Shown: positions 20,568-31,116 of the stretch, in pieces
How the letters are laid out: each line of letters starts with the position of its first letter
Position numbering within the stretch: the first letter of the stretch is position 1
Source of the DNA: Streptosporangiaceae bacterium
GTDB taxonomy: Bacteria > Actinomycetota > Actinomycetes > Streptosporangiales > Streptosporangiaceae
Direction of reading: 5' to 3'
Assembly: GCA_036394075.1 (NCBI GenBank)
Contig: DASWFT010000105.1
Span: 464-64,463, forward strand
Length of the DNA: 64,000 nt
Notes under the pieces: model-generated
Database searches by the model: none
Told to the model about the DNA's origin: nothing
What the model saw: the letters and a program-made list of their open reading frames with translations, nothing else
Program-made: the position numbers and the translations under genes

Positions 20568-21239
20568 ATGAGCACCGTCGTCAGCGTCGTCTCCGCGTCC
20601 GGTGCCGCGGACAAGGACGTGGAACTCCCCGACGAGATATTCGGCCGCGGCGTCAACATTCCGCTGATCCACCAGGTGGTGGTGGCACAGGAGGCTGCTG
20701 CACGCCAGGGCACGCACTCCACGAAGACCCGCGCCGCTGTCCGCGGCGGTGGCCGCAAGCCTTACCGGCAGAAGGGCACAGGGCGTGCCCGGCAGGGCTC
20801 GATCCGGGCGCCGCAGTACGCGGGCGGCGGGACCGCGCACGGCCCGGTGCCCCGTTCCTACGTGCAGCGCACGCCGAAGAAGATGAAGGCCGCCGCGCTG
20901 CGCGGCGCCCTCTCCGACCGGGCCAGTCACGGCCGGGTGGCCGTGGTCAGCGGGTTCGTCGAGGGTGACGAGCCGAAGACCAGGGATGCCCTCGCCGTGC
21001 TGGGCGCGGCCATCGGGCAGGCCGGCGGGCGGCTGTCGGGCGCGGTGCTGGTCGTCGCGGCCGCAGGTGACGAGCTGACCTGGAAGAGCTTGCGCAACGC
21101 GCCCGGCGTCCGGGTGCTCGCGACGGAGCAACTCAACACCCGCGACGTCCTGGTCAGCGATCATGTGGTGTTCACCGAGCCGGCCCTGGAAGCGTTCATC
21201 AGCCGGGCCAGCGCGAAGCCGAAGGAGGGGCGGCGGTGA
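20568..21239 (+). CDS. rplD: 50S ribosomal protein L4
   Basis: Start at ATG 20568 ([26 protein letters not shown]). Contains [15 protein letters not shown]. Confidence 0.95.
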   Translation: MSTVVSVVSASGAADKDVELPDEIFGRGVNIPLIHQVVVAQEAAARQGTHSTKTRAAVRGGGRKPYRQKGTGRARQGSIRAPQYAGGGTAHGPVPRSYVQRTPKKMKAAALRGALSDRASHGRVAVVSGFVEGDEPKTRDALAVLGAAIGQAGGRLSGAVLVVAAAGDELTWKSLRNAPGVRVLATEQLNTRDVLVSDHVVFTEPALEAFISRASAKPKEGRR

Positions 21240-21538
21240 GCAAGATCGCGAATCCGCGGGACATCCTGCTGCGACCGGTGATCTCCGAGAAGAGCTACCG
21301 GCTGGCCGATAACGGCAAGTACACCTTCCTGGTGACACCGGCCGCCAACCGGACCCAGATCCGGCAGGCGGTGGAGGCCGTGTTCGGGGTCAAGGTGACC
21401 GGTGTCAACACGATCAACCGGCCGGGAAAGCGGCGGCGGACCCGGCAAGGCTGGGGCACCCGCGTCGCCACCAAGCGCGCCATCGTCAGCCTGGCTGAGG
21501 GTGAGCGTATCGATGTCTTCGGCGGCCCGGTCAGCTAG
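21236..21538 (+). CDS. rplW: 50S ribosomal protein L23
   Basis: 100 aa; the GTG start overlaps the rplD stop (GTGA). Confidence 0.96.
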   Translation: MSKIANPRDILLRPVISEKSYRLADNGKYTFLVTPAANRTQIRQAVEAVFGVKVTGVNTINRPGKRRRTRQGWGTRVATKRAIVSLAEGERIDVFGGPVS

Positions 21539-21572
21539 GCAGCCGACCACATCCAGAGGAGCTTGAGCACAG

Positions 21573-22406
21573 ATGGGTATCCGCAAGTACAAGCCGACGA
21601 CCCCGGGTAGGCGGGGCGCGAGCGGCGCCGACTTCTCCGAGATCACTCGGGGCGAGCCGGAGAAGTCGCTTGTCCGCCCGCTGCACTCGCGCGGTGGCAG
21701 GAATGTGCACGGCCGGATCACCGCGCGGCACCAGGGCGGTGGCCACAAGCGCGCCTACCGGCTGATTGATTTCCGCCGGGCGGACAAGGACGGCGTCCCG
21801 GCGAAGGTGGCACACCTGGAGTACGACCCGAACCGCACGGCCAGGATCGCGCTGCTGCACTACGCCGACGGCGAGAAGCGTTACATCCTGTGCCCGGAGG
21901 GGCTGTCCCAGGGGGACCGGGTGGAGAACGGGCCGGGTGCTGACATCCGGCCTGGTAACTGCCTGCCATTGCGGAACATCCCGACCGGCACCGTGGTGCA
22001 CGCCATCGAACTGCGGCCCGGCGGAGGCGCCAAGATCGCACGCTCGGCTGGCTCCGGTGTCCAGCTCCTCGCCAAGGAGTCGGGCTATGCGCAGCTGCGC
22101 ATGCCGTCCGGGGAGATCCGGCGGGTAGATGCGTCCTGCCGGGCCACGGTCGGCGAGGTCGGCAACTCCGAGCAGGGCAACGTCAAGCTCGGCAAGGCGG
22201 GCCGTAACCGGTGGAAGGGGCACCGTCCCTCGGTTCGCGGTGTCGCGATGAACCCCGTTGACCACCCGCTGGGCGGCGGCGAGGGCAAGAGCTCGGGTGG
22301 CCGTCACCCGGTAAGCCCGTGGGGCAAGCCGGAGGGGCGCACCAGGAAGGCCCACAAGCCAAGCGACCGGCTGATCTCCCGCAGGCGCAGCAAGAAGAAG
22401 CGGTAG
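21573..22406 (+). CDS. rplB: 50S ribosomal protein L2
   Basis: 277 aa: [15 protein letters not shown]... Confidence 0.98.
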   Translation: MGIRKYKPTTPGRRGASGADFSEITRGEPEKSLVRPLHSRGGRNVHGRITARHQGGGHKRAYRLIDFRRADKDGVPAKVAHLEYDPNRTARIALLHYADGEKRYILCPEGLSQGDRVENGPGADIRPGNCLPLRNIPTGTVVHAIELRPGGGAKIARSAGSGVQLLAKESGYAQLRMPSGEIRRVDASCRATVGEVGNSEQGNVKLGKAGRNRWKGHRPSVRGVAMNPVDHPLGGGEGKSSGGRHPVSPWGKPEGRTRKAHKPSDRLISRRRSKKKR

Positions 22407-22418
22407 GAGCACCTTACG

Positions 22419-22697
22419 ATGCCTCGTAGTCTTAAGAAGGGCCCTTTCGTCGACGACCACCTGCTCAAGAAGGTGGACACGCAGAACGACAAGGGCACCA
22501 GAAACGTGATCAAGACATGGTCACGACGATCCATGATCATTCCCGCGATGCTGGGCCATACGATCGCGGTCCACGACGGCCGCAAGCACGTGCCGGTCTT
22601 CATCACTGAGGCGATGGTCGGCCACAAGCTCGGGGAGTTCGCCCCGACACGCACGTTCCGCAGCCACGTTAGGGATGACCGCCGTAGCCGCCGCTAG
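22419..22697 (+). CDS. rpsS: 30S ribosomal protein S19
   Basis: 92 aa: [19 protein letters not shown]... Confidence 0.98.
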   Translation: MPRSLKKGPFVDDHLLKKVDTQNDKGTRNVIKTWSRRSMIIPAMLGHTIAVHDGRKHVPVFITEAMVGHKLGEFAPTRTFRSHVRDDRRSRR

Positions 22698-22758
22698 GCG
22701 CGGCCCCTCCCCAGCAAAGTAAACGCAGCAGATAAGACGAGAACACCGGCAGTACCAG

Positions 22759-22785
22759 CCCGGGGGGCAACCCCCGGACCCCGGG
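22759..22785 (+). repeat. GC hairpin module CCCGGGGGGCAACCCCCGGACCCCGGG in the rpsS-rplV spacer
   Basis: Near-identical module at 24475-24507 (CCCGGGGGGACAACCCCCCGGAGCCCCCCGGGG). Confidence 0.75.
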
Positions 22786-22822
22786 CAGAAGTTCGGGACC
22801 AGGACTGAAAGGCGAGAGTTGG

Positions 22823-23173
22823 ATGGAAGCTAGGGCGAAGGCGCGGTATGTACGCGTCACGCCGCGGAAGGCCCGCCGGGTGGTGGACCTCATCCGCGGG
22901 ATGCCTGCCGAACAGGCGCGGGCGGTGCTGGCCTTCGCGCCGCAGTCGGCGAGCGATCCCGTCGGCAAGGTGCTGGCGAGTGCCATCGCCAACGCGGAGC
23001 ATGCCCAGCAGGCGGACTCCGGCTCGCTCGTGGTCACCAGGGCCTGGGTGGACGAGGGGCCGACGCTCAAGCGTTTCCGGCCGCGCGCCCAGGGCCGTGG
23101 CTACCGGATCAACAAGCGCACCAGTCACATCACGGTAATCGTCTCGGACGAGCCTAAGGGGAGGTCCCGCTAG
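22823..23173 (+). CDS. rplV: 50S ribosomal protein L22
   Basis: 116 aa: [26 protein letters not shown]... Confidence 0.97.
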   Translation: MEARAKARYVRVTPRKARRVVDLIRGMPAEQARAVLAFAPQSASDPVGKVLASAIANAEHAQQADSGSLVVTRAWVDEGPTLKRFRPRAQGRGYRINKRTSHITVIVSDEPKGRSR

Positions 23174-23982
23174 TGGGCCAGAAGGTGAACCCACACGGGT
23201 TCCGGCTTGGCATCACCACCGACTTCAAGAGCCGGTGGTATGCCGACAAGCTGTACAAGGACTACGTCGCGGAAGACGTGGCGATCCGGCGGATGCTGCA
23301 GCGAGGGATGGAGCGCGCGGGCATCTCCAAGGTGGAGATCGAGCGCACCAGGGACCGGGTCCGGGTGGACATCCACACCGCGCGGCCCGGCATCGTCATC
23401 GGCCGCCGCGGCGCTGAGGCCGACCGGATACGCGGAGACCTGGAGAAGCTGACCAGCAAGCAGATCCAGCTCAACATCCTTGAGGTGAAGAACCCGGAGA
23501 CCGATGCCCAGCTGGTCGCCCAGGGCGTGGCCGAGCAGTTGTCCAGCCGGGTCTCGTTCCGGCGGGCCATGCGCAAGGCGATGCAGACGTCCATGAAGGG
23601 CGGGGCCAAGGGGATCCGGGTGCAGTGCTCCGGGCGCCTCGGCGGTGCCGAGATGTCGCGGTCGGAGTTCTACCGCGAGGGACGGGTCCCGCTGCACACC
23701 CTGCGCGCCGACATCGACTACGGCTTCTATGAGGCCAGGACCACCTTCGGCCGGATCGGCGTGAAGGTCTGGATCTACCGTGGCGAGGCCCCGACGACCC
23801 GCGCCGAGCGCGAGGCGGCCGCGGCCGCGTTGCGCGCGGGCCAGCGCCGGGACCGTCCGCCGCAGCAGCCGCGCCGCCGCCGTCCCGGCGACGAGCGGGG
23901 CCAGGGCGGGCCGGACGATGCGCCGCGGGCAGCCGCGGCCGCCGTGGCGGCGCCGGTCGCGATCGCCGGCGAGGAGGGCTGA
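23173..23982 (+). CDS. rpsC: 30S ribosomal protein S3 (with Arg/Pro/Ala-rich C-terminal tail)
   Basis: GTG start: [26 protein letters not shown]... Confidence 0.97.
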   Translation: MGQKVNPHGFRLGITTDFKSRWYADKLYKDYVAEDVAIRRMLQRGMERAGISKVEIERTRDRVRVDIHTARPGIVIGRRGAEADRIRGDLEKLTSKQIQLNILEVKNPETDAQLVAQGVAEQLSSRVSFRRAMRKAMQTSMKGGAKGIRVQCSGRLGGAEMSRSEFYREGRVPLHTLRADIDYGFYEARTTFGRIGVKVWIYRGEAPTTRAEREAAAAALRAGQRRDRPPQQPRRRRPGDERGQGGPDDAPRAAAAAVAAPVAIAGEEG

Positions 23983-23985
23983 GGC

Positions 23986-24405
23986 ATGCTTATCCCGCGC
24001 AGGATCGCGCACCGCAAACAGCACCGGCCGGATCGGCACGGTAACGCCAAGGGCGGCACCCGAGTGGCCTTCGGCGAGTACGGCATCCAGGCACTGGAGC
24101 GCGCGTACGTGACGAACCGGCAGATCGAGGCCGCCCGTATCGCGATGACGCGGCACATCCGCCGTGGCGGGAAGGTGTGGATCACCATCTACCCCGACCG
24201 GCCGCTGACCAAGAAGCCGGCCGAGACCCGGATGGGTTCCGGCAAGGGTTCACCAGAGTGGTGGGTGGCGAACGTCAAGCCCGGCCGCGTCATGTTCGAG
24301 CTCTCCGGGGTGGCCGAGCCGGTCGCCCGGGAGGCACTCCGCCGCGCCATGCACAAGCTCCCAATGAAGTGCAAGTTCGTCAAGCGAGAGGTTGGTGAGG
24401 CGTGA
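23986..24405 (+). CDS. rplP: 50S ribosomal protein L16
   Basis: 139 aa: [19 protein letters not shown]...[17 protein letters not shown]. Confidence 0.98.
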   Translation: MLIPRRIAHRKQHRPDRHGNAKGGTRVAFGEYGIQALERAYVTNRQIEAARIAMTRHIRRGGKVWITIYPDRPLTKKPAETRMGSGKGSPEWWVANVKPGRVMFELSGVAEPVAREALRRAMHKLPMKCKFVKREVGEA

Positions 24406-24521
24406 TGTTCACGCACAAGCTCCCCATGCTCTGCTTGCTGCACGGGGCAAAGTTCGTGAAGCGTGCCCTGCTAGCCCGGGGGGACAACCCCCCGGAGCCC
24501 CCCGGGGAAGGTGAGGCGTGA
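24405..24521 (+). other. degenerate tandem duplicate of the rplP 3' end forming a 38-codon ORF
   Basis: Hand-translated: [38 protein letters not shown]. This parallels the L16 C-terminus [17 protein letters not shown]. Its ATG overlaps the rplP TGA (TGATG) and its TGA overlaps the rpmC ATG (TGATG). It is too short for the supplied track. Confidence 0.6.
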
Positions 24522-24760
24522 TGGCTAAGGCCCTTGCCGCCGGCGAACTGCGCAACTCCACCGAGGAAGAGCTCGACAACAAGCTGGCCGAGGCGAAGAC
24601 GGAGCTGTTCAACCTCCGCTTCCAGGCCGCGACCGGCCAGTTGGAGAGCCATGGACGGCTCCGTGCCATCCGCAAGGAGATCGCCCGCATCTACACGGTG
24701 AAGCGGGAACGCGAGCTTGGCATCGTGACCGTCGTGGAGGAGGTGGAAGACAGTGAGTGA
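24521..24760 (+). CDS. rpmC: 50S ribosomal protein L29
   Basis: [42 protein letters not shown]... ATG 24521 is preferred over the track's GTG 24518. Confidence 0.95.
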   Translation: MAKALAAGELRNSTEEELDNKLAEAKTELFNLRFQAATGQLESHGRLRAIRKEIARIYTVKRERELGIVTVVEEVEDSE

Positions 24761-25031
24761 CCAACAGGACGAGACAGCCGGCCGCGGCTACCGGAAGGTC
24801 CGCGAGGGTTACGTGGTCAGCGACAAGATGGACAAGACCGTGGTGGTCATCGTCGAGGACCGGGTGAAGCACCCCAAATACGGCAAGGTCATCCGGCGTA
24901 CGAAGAAGTACACGGCCCACGACGGCGAGAACGCCTGCGGCGTCGGTGACCGGGTGCGGCTCATGGAGACCCGGCCGCTGTCCGCGACCAAGCGCTGGCG
25001 CGTCGCGGAGATCATCGAGAAAGCCAAGTAG
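24753..25031 (+). CDS. rpsQ: 30S ribosomal protein S17
   Basis: 92 aa; the GTG start overlaps the rpmC end. Contains [16 protein letters not shown]. Confidence 0.96.
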   Translation: MSDQQDETAGRGYRKVREGYVVSDKMDKTVVVIVEDRVKHPKYGKVIRRTKKYTAHDGENACGVGDRVRLMETRPLSATKRWRVAEIIEKAK

Positions 25032-25088
25032 CTACCCCGTGGGGGACTGCCCCCTGCGGGAACCCCGGGTCAGGAAGCAGGAGTTGAC

Positions 25089-25457
25089 GTGATCCAGCAG
25101 GAGTCGCGGCTCAAGGTCGCCGACAACACCGGTGCCAAGGAGATCTTGTGTATCCGCGTGCTCGGCGGCTCTGGCCGGCGATACGCGGGCATCGGCGATG
25201 TCATCGTGGCAACGGTCAAGGATGCCCTTCCCGGTGCCGGGGTGAAGAAGGGCGACGTGGTCAAGGCGGTCGTGGTTCGGACCCGCAAGGAGCGCCGACG
25301 CATTGACGGTTCCTATATTCGTTTTGATGAGAATGCCGCGGTCCTGATCAGGGACGGCGGGGATCCTCGCGGGACCCGCATCTTCGGGCCCGTCGGCCGG
25401 GAACTGCGCGAAAAGCGCTTCATGCGGATCATTTCACTCGCGCCGGAGGTGCTGTGA
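25089..25457 (+). CDS. rplN: 50S ribosomal protein L14
   Basis: 122 aa: [18 protein letters not shown]... Confidence 0.98.
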   Translation: MIQQESRLKVADNTGAKEILCIRVLGGSGRRYAGIGDVIVATVKDALPGAGVKKGDVVKAVVVRTRKERRRIDGSYIRFDENAAVLIRDGGDPRGTRIFGPVGRELREKRFMRIISLAPEVL

Positions 25458-25816
25458 TGGCGAAGAAGGCTCCGGCGGCCAAGAAGGCAGCCAGCATGAA
25501 GATCAAGAAGGGTGACCACGTGGTGGTCATCGCGGGCAAGGACCGTGGCCGCGAGGGGACGGTCATCCTGGCCTACCCGGACCGGCAGCGGGTGCTGGTC
25601 CACGGCGTCAACATCATCCGGAAGAACAAGAAGGTGGACTACCAGGGCCGTCGCGGTGCCAAGGAGGGCGGCATCACGACCCAGGAAGCGCCCATCCACG
25701 TGAGCAATGTCCAGCTGATCGACCCGGAGACCAAGAAGCCGGCCCGCGTGGGATTCCGGTATGACGAGGACAACACCAAGATCCGGATCACCCGCCCGGG
25801 CGGTAAGGACATCTGA
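25457..25816 (+). CDS. rplX: 50S ribosomal protein L24
   Basis: ATG 25457 overlaps the rplN TGA and gives [24 protein letters not shown]. The canonical L24 N-terminus MKIKKGD starts at 25496, so the start is uncertain between 25454, 25457 and 25496. Confidence 0.9.
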   Translation: MAKKAPAAKKAASMKIKKGDHVVVIAGKDRGREGTVILAYPDRQRVLVHGVNIIRKNKKVDYQGRRGAKEGGITTQEAPIHVSNVQLIDPETKKPARVGFRYDEDNTKIRITRPGGKDI

Positions 25817-26436
25817 TGCCAGCAACCAAGTCAAGGCAGGCGACCGCGTCCAACGGCGCGGCCGCGGCGGCCGAATCGCCCGCCGAGCGCGTCCCGCCGC
25901 GCCTGAAAGAGCGCTACAAGCGCGAGATCGCGCCGGCGCTCCGTGAGGAGTTCGGCTTCGCGAACGTCATGCAGGTCCCGGTCCTGTCCAAGATCGTGGT
26001 CAACATGGGTGTGGGCGAGGCGGCCAGGGACGCCAAGCTGATCGAGGGCGCGGTCAGGGACCTGACTGTGATCACCGGCCAGAAGCCGGCCGTGGCCCGG
26101 GCGAAGAAGTCGATCGCTCAGTTCAAGCTCAGGGAAGGCATGCCGATCGGCGCGCATGTGACCCTCCGCGGCGACCGCATGTGGGAATTCTGTGACCGCC
26201 TGCTGGCGCTGGCACTCCCGCGGATCCGTGACTTCCGCGGGCTGAGCGACCGGCAGTTCGACGGCCGGGGGAACTACACGTTCGGCCTGAATGAGCAGCT
26301 GATGTTTCATGAGATCAACCCGGACCAGGTGGACCGGCAGCGTGGCATGGACGTGACCGTCGTGACCACGGCGACCACCGATGACGAGGGCCGCTCGCTA
26401 CTGCGACGGCTCGGATTCCCGTTCAAGGAGAGCTGA
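25816..26436 (+). CDS. rplE: 50S ribosomal protein L5
   Basis: 206 aa; the ATG overlaps the rplX TGA. Contains [11 protein letters not shown]...[12 protein letters not shown]. Confidence 0.96.
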   Translation: MPATKSRQATASNGAAAAAESPAERVPPRLKERYKREIAPALREEFGFANVMQVPVLSKIVVNMGVGEAARDAKLIEGAVRDLTVITGQKPAVARAKKSIAQFKLREGMPIGAHVTLRGDRMWEFCDRLLALALPRIRDFRGLSDRQFDGRGNYTFGLNEQLMFHEINPDQVDRQRGMDVTVVTTATTDDEGRSLLRRLGFPFKES

Positions 26437-26439
26437 GGA

Positions 26440-26625
26440 GTGGCGAAGAAGGCGCTGGTCGTCAAGGCGAACCGCACGCCCAAATTCAAGGTGCGCGGGT
26501 ACACGCGGTGCTCGCGCTGCGGCCGGCCGCGCGCGGTGTACCGGCGGTTCGGCCTGTGCCGGATCTGCTTCCGCTCGATGGCACACCGCGGCGAGCTGCC
26601 GGGCATCACCAAGTCCAGCTGGTAG
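26440..26625 (+). CDS. rpsN: 30S ribosomal protein S14 type Z (zinc-binding)
   Basis: 61 aa with CSRC...CRIC. GTG start. Confidence 0.96.
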   Translation: MAKKALVVKANRTPKFKVRGYTRCSRCGRPRAVYRRFGLCRICFRSMAHRGELPGITKSSW

Positions 26626-26651
26626 CCGCCAGGCACCTGCAACCCCAGCCC

Positions 26652-26699
26652 GGGCGCGACCCGCGCACGGGCAACGACCGACCTGGGCGCGACCCGCGC
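26652..26699 (+). repeat. duplicated GGGCGCGACCCGCGC hairpin unit in the rpsN-rpsH spacer
   Basis: Copies at 26652-26666 and 26685-26699 (period 33 nt) within a 130-nt spacer. Confidence 0.75.
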
Positions 26700-26755
26700 C
26701 CACCGACCACGCCGAAGGTCCCCAGGGAAACCCCGGCGAGGAGGGCCACCAGGCC

Positions 26756-27154
26756 ATGACGATGACCGACCCGATCGCGGACATGCTGACCCGTCTGCGC
26801 AATGCCAACGCGGCATACCACGACACGGTGGGCATGCCCTGTTCCACCATCAAGGTGCACATCGCGGAGATCCTCCAGCAGGAGGGATACATCGCCGGAT
26901 TCGCCGTGCAGGACGCCGAGGTCGGCAAGAACCTCGTGGTCTCGCTGAAGTACGGGCCCACCCGCGAGCGCTCGATCGCCGGGCTCAAGCGGGTGTCCAA
27001 GCCGGGCCTGCGGGTGTACGCGAAAAAGGACAACCTGCCCCGGGTGCTTGGCGGCCTTGGCATCGCCATCATCTCGACCTCGGGCGGCCTGCTGACCGAC
27101 CGGCAGGCGAACAGGCGGGGCGTAGGCGGGGAAGTCCTCGCCTACGTCTGGTGA
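26756..27154 (+). CDS. rpsH: 30S ribosomal protein S8
   Basis: Start at ATG 26756 ([17 protein letters not shown]). The track ORF from 26381 is an in-frame upstream extension across rpsN. Confidence 0.95.
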   Translation: MTMTDPIADMLTRLRNANAAYHDTVGMPCSTIKVHIAEILQQEGYIAGFAVQDAEVGKNLVVSLKYGPTRERSIAGLKRVSKPGLRVYAKKDNLPRVLGGLGIAIISTSGGLLTDRQANRRGVGGEVLAYVW

Positions 27155-27164
27155 GGAGACGTCG

Positions 27165-27701
27165 ATGTCACGAATTGGACGGCTTCCGGTGGTTATCCCC
27201 GGCGGCGTGGACGTCACCATCGAGGGCCGCGAGGTCATCGTGAAGGGGCCCAAGGGGCGCCTGTCCCTGCAGCTAGCCCCGCCCATCGAGATCTCCCAAT
27301 CGGACGGCACCCTGTCCGTGACCAGGCCGAACGATGAGGGCGAGGTTCGGGCGCTGCACGGCCTGTCGCGCTCCCTGGTGGCCAACATGGTGACCGGGGT
27401 GACCGAGGGGTACCGCAAGACCCTGGAGATCGTCGGCGTTGGCTACCGGGTGCAGGCGCGGGGGGCGGACCTGGAGTTCGCCCTGGGCTACAGCCACCCG
27501 GTGAAGGTGTCCCCGCCGGAGGGCATCACGTTCCGGGTCGAGACACCCACCAGGCTGGTGGTCGAGGGAATCGACAAGCAGCAGGTCGGCGAAGTCGCGG
27601 CCAACATACGGAAGCTCCGCAAGCCCGACCCGTACAAGGGCAAGGGCGTGCGGTACTCCGGCGAGCAGATCCGCCGCAAGGCCGGGAAGGCTGGGAAGTA
27701 G
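27165..27701 (+). CDS. rplF: 50S ribosomal protein L6
   Basis: 178 aa: [21 protein letters not shown]... Confidence 0.98.
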   Translation: MSRIGRLPVVIPGGVDVTIEGREVIVKGPKGRLSLQLAPPIEISQSDGTLSVTRPNDEGEVRALHGLSRSLVANMVTGVTEGYRKTLEIVGVGYRVQARGADLEFALGYSHPVKVSPPEGITFRVETPTRLVVEGIDKQQVGEVAANIRKLRKPDPYKGKGVRYSGEQIRRKAGKAGK

Positions 27702-27704
27702 GAC

Positions 27705-28079
27705 ATGGCTGGCAGCAAGACCATCACCCGCAGCCGCGGCGCCGCGCGCGCCCGACGGCACTTGCGGGTCCGCAAGAAGGTCACCGGCAGTGCGGCGCGG
27801 CCGCGGCTCACAGTCACCCGGTCCGCGCGGCACACGTTCGCTCAACTCGTCGACGACGGGGCAGGCATCACGGTGGCTGCCGCGTCTACCCTGGACGAGT
27901 CGATCCGCGGTGCGGACGGCGACAAGACGGCCAAGGCGCGCCAGGTCGGCGCGCTGCTCGCACGGCGCGCGTCGGACGCCGGGATCACGGCGGTCGTCTT
28001 CGACCGGGGCGGCTATGCATATCACGGACGTGTCGCGGCGCTCGCGGACGGCGTGCGGGAAGGCGGCCTGGCGCTATGA
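27705..28079 (+). CDS. rplR: 50S ribosomal protein L18
   Basis: 124 aa, ending in [26 protein letters not shown]. Confidence 0.97.
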   Translation: MAGSKTITRSRGAARARRHLRVRKKVTGSAARPRLTVTRSARHTFAQLVDDGAGITVAAASTLDESIRGADGDKTAKARQVGALLARRASDAGITAVVFDRGGYAYHGRVAALADGVREGGLAL

Positions 28080-28119
28080 CGCCCAGGTTCGCGCATACAT
28101 ATGAGAGAAGGACGTTCTG

Positions 28120-28737
28120 ATGGCAGCAACTCCGCGGCGCGGCAGTGGTGGCGGGGAACGGCGTGACCGCCGTGACGATCGCCGCGGCGGTGGCGCCGAC
28201 AAGGGCACCGCTTATCTTGAGCGGGTCGTCACCATCAACCGGGTCGCCAAGGTGGTGCAGGGCGGCCGGCGCTTCAGCTTCACCGCCCTGGTCATCGTGG
28301 GCGATGGCAACGGGATGGTCGGCGTCGGCTACGGCAAGGCCAAGGAGGTGCCCGCGGCCATCGCCAAGGGCGTCGAATCGGCCAAGAAGTCGTTCTTCCG
28401 GGTGCCGCGCATCGCCGGCACGATCCCGCACACCGTCCAGGGCGAGGAGTCCGCGGGCGTCGTGCTGCTCAAGCCGGCCAGCCCCGGCACCGGCGTCATC
28501 GCCGGTGGTCCGGTGCGCGCCGTGCTGGAGTGTGCCGGCGTCCACGATGTGCTGTCCCGGTCCCTGGGATCGTCGAATCCGATCAACGTCGTGCACGCGA
28601 CCGTGGCCGCCCTGAAGAGCCTGAAGCGGCCGGAGGAGATCGCGGCCAGGCGGGGACTGCCGATCGGGGACGTGGCTCCGGCGGCCATGCTGCGCGCTCA
28701 AGCGGCAGCAGCCGGCGCCGGGTCCACGAATAGCTGA
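28120..28737 (+). CDS. rpsE: 30S ribosomal protein S5
   Basis: 205 aa with an Arg/Gly-rich N-terminus, then [32 protein letters not shown]... Confidence 0.97.
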   Translation: MAATPRRGSGGGERRDRRDDRRGGGADKGTAYLERVVTINRVAKVVQGGRRFSFTALVIVGDGNGMVGVGYGKAKEVPAAIAKGVESAKKSFFRVPRIAGTIPHTVQGEESAGVVLLKPASPGTGVIAGGPVRAVLECAGVHDVLSRSLGSSNPINVVHATVAALKSLKRPEEIAARRGLPIGDVAPAAMLRAQAAAAGAGSTNS

Positions 28738-28751
28738 CCGGGAGCAGGCCG

Positions 28752-28934
28752 ATGGCACAGTTGAAGGTAACCCAGACCCGGTCCGGGATCGGGGGCACGC
28801 ACGTGCAGCGGGCATCCCTGCGTTCGCTCGGGCTGAAGCGGATCGGTGACGTGATCGTCAAGGACGACCGGCCCGAATTCCGCGGCATGATCAAGGTGGT
28901 GCGCCACCTGGTCACCGTTGAGGAAGTGGACTGA
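28752..28934 (+). CDS. rpmD: 50S ribosomal protein L30
   Basis: 60 aa: [28 protein letters not shown]... Confidence 0.96.
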   Translation: MAQLKVTQTRSGIGGTHVQRASLRSLGLKRIGDVIVKDDRPEFRGMIKVVRHLVTVEEVD

Positions 28935-28935
28935 C

Positions 28936-29583
28936 ATGGCAGACGCAGACAGCCCGCAGCGGGCGGCCGGCGCTGCGGCCAAGCCGCGCACCGGTGCCGC
29001 GGCTAAGCCGCGCACCAGCGCTGCGGCCAAGCCGCGCACTGGAACTGGAACGGCGGCCGAGCCCGGTGCCGACGCCGCGGCGGAGCCGCGTGCTGACGCG
29101 GCGGGGGAGCCGGGTACCGGCGGCGGCGCGCGCGGCCGGGCCGGGCTTAAGATCCATCACCTGCGCCCTGCTCCCGGGGCGCACACCGCCCGGACCCGGG
29201 TGGGCCGCGGCGAGGCGGGCAAAGGCAAGACCGCGGGCCGCGGGACCAAGGGCACCAAGGCGCGCGGGCAGGTGGCCCCCGGCTTCGAGGGCGGCCAGAT
29301 GCCGTTGCAGCGCAGGGTGCCGAAGCTCAGGGGCTTCTCCAACTTGCGCTTCAAGACCACCTATCAGGTGGTCAACACCGGCCGGCTCGCCGAACTGTAT
29401 CCGCAGGGCGGCGACGTGACGCCTGAGGACCTCGTGGCCAAGGGCGCGGTACGGGCCGGCAACCTGGTCAAAGTACTTGGCACCGGCGACGCCGATGTCA
29501 CGCTCCGGGTGACCGCGCACGCGTTCTCCGCGGCCGCCCGCGAGAAGATCACCGCAGCGGGGGGAACGGTCACTGAGCTGTGA
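28936..29583 (+). CDS. rplO: 50S ribosomal protein L15 with a ~65-aa repeat-containing N-terminal extension
   Basis: The conserved L15 core starts at [36 protein letters not shown]. The only in-frame starts upstream of the core are ATG 28936 and 28918, so the extension is probably translated. Confidence 0.9.
   Translation: MADADSPQRAAGAAAKPRTGAAAKPRTSAAAKPRTGTGTAAEPGADAAAEPRADAAGEPGTGGGARGRAGLKIHHLRPAPGAHTARTRVGRGEAGKGKTAGRGTKGTKARGQVAPGFEGGQMPLQRRVPKLRGFSNLRFKTTYQVVNTGRLAELYPQGGDVTPEDLVAKGAVRAGNLVKVLGTGDADVTLRVTAHAFSAAAREKITAAGGTVTEL
28975..29124 (+). repeat. six tandem 24-nt (8-codon) units inside the rplO 5' extension
   Basis: GCGGCCAAGCCGCGCACCGGTGCC x3 ([24 protein letters not shown]), a 6-nt linker, then three diverged units ([24 protein letters not shown]). 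Confidence 0.85.
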
Positions 29584-29775
29584 AAGACACTCCGATGGCG
29601 GCGGCGGCCCAGGGTGGCCGTCCGCCGTCGCCGGGCGCTGTGCGTGCGGCCAGGGAAGGCATCCACGCCTGTTACAGTGCAGCGAAAGCGTTACACTGCG
29701 GCGAATCCGCCACCGCGGTCACCCGTCGGATCGGCGCTGCACCATGACGTTGACCCATCTACGTGAGGACGGCGC

Positions 29776-31116
29776 ATGCTGACCGCGTTCCTACGGGCGT
29801 TCCGGACGCCCGACCTGCGCAGGAAGCTGCTGTTTACGCTCGGCATCATTGCCCTTTTCCGGCTCGGCGCGACCGTTCCGACACCGGGAATCTCCGAGAA
29901 GGCCGTGAACGTCTGCACCGGCTTGGTGAGCTCAAGCAGCCAGGCGGGCGTCTACCAGCTCGTCAACCTGTTCAGCGGCGGCGCGCTGCTGAAGCTGTCG
30001 ATCTTCGCGCTCGGCATCATGCCGTACATCACGGCGAGCATCATCCTGCAGCTTCTGGCGGTGGTCATCCCGCGTCTGGAGACGCTCCGCCAGGAGGGCC
30101 AGTCGGGCCAGGCGAAGATCACTCAGTACACCAGGTACCTCACCGTGGGCCTGGGCATCCTGCAGTCCACCGGGATCGTGGCGCTGGCCCGGTCGGGCAA
30201 CCTGTTCCCGGGCTGCACCACCCCGCTGATCCCTAATCCCTCGGTTTTCACCATCTCCACGATGGTCGTCTGCATGACCTCGGGCACCGCGGTCATCATG
30301 TGGCTGGGCGAGCTGATCACGGATCGCGGTATCGGCAACGGCATGTCCCTGATGATCTTCACCCAGGTCATCGCGGTGATCCCGGGCTACATGCTCACCA
30401 TCTACCGCTCCAGGCACACCTTCGTGCTGGTCGTGGTGCTCGCCGTGGCCGTCGCCATCGTCGCCTTCGTGGTCTTCATGGAGCAGGCCCAGCGGCGGAT
30501 CCCGGTCCAGTACGCGAAGCGGATGGTCGGCCGGAAGATGTACGGCGGGACGTCGACCTACATACCGCTCAAGGTGAATCAGGCCGGCGTCATCCCGGTC
30601 ATCTTCGCTTCCTCGCTGCTCTACATCCCGCAGCTCACGGCGTCGCTGTTCGGCAACCAGAAGAAACCGCAGGGCTGGGTGAACTTCATCCAGCGCTACC
30701 TGATCTCACCAGGCTCGTCAACATCGGCGCCCACCTGGAACAACCTCGGCGTCTACATGGCCTCGTTCTTCCTGCTGATCGTGTTCTTCACCTACTTCTA
30801 CGTGTCGATCACGTTCAACCCCACCGAGGTCGCCGACAACATGAAGAAGTACGGCGGCTTCATCCCCGGCATCCGCCCGGGGCGGCCGACGGCCGAGTAC
30901 CTGAACTACGTGCTCACCCGGCTGACCGCGCCCGGCTCGGTGTACCTCGGCCTCGTCGCCCTCATCCCGATGGTCGCGTTCGCGCTGGTCGGGGCCAGCA
31001 CGCAGTTCCCGTTCGGCGGGACCAGCATCCTGATTGCGGTGGGGGTGGGACTGGATACGGTGAAGCAGATCGAGAGCCAACTCCAGCAGCGCAACTATGA
31101 GGGCTTCCTCAAGTAG
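29776..31116 (+). CDS. secY: preprotein translocase subunit SecY
   Basis: 446 aa, multi-TM: [31 protein letters not shown]... Confidence 0.98.
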   Translation: MLTAFLRAFRTPDLRRKLLFTLGIIALFRLGATVPTPGISEKAVNVCTGLVSSSSQAGVYQLVNLFSGGALLKLSIFALGIMPYITASIILQLLAVVIPRLETLRQEGQSGQAKITQYTRYLTVGLGILQSTGIVALARSGNLFPGCTTPLIPNPSVFTISTMVVCMTSGTAVIMWLGELITDRGIGNGMSLMIFTQVIAVIPGYMLTIYRSRHTFVLVVVLAVAVAIVAFVVFMEQAQRRIPVQYAKRMVGRKMYGGTSTYIPLKVNQAGVIPVIFASSLLYIPQLTASLFGNQKKPQGWVNFIQRYLISPGSSTSAPTWNNLGVYMASFFLLIVFFTYFYVSITFNPTEVADNMKKYGGFIPGIRPGRPTAEYLNYVLTRLTAPGSVYLGLVALIPMVAFALVGASTQFPFGGTSILIAVGVGLDTVKQIESQLQQRNYEGFLK

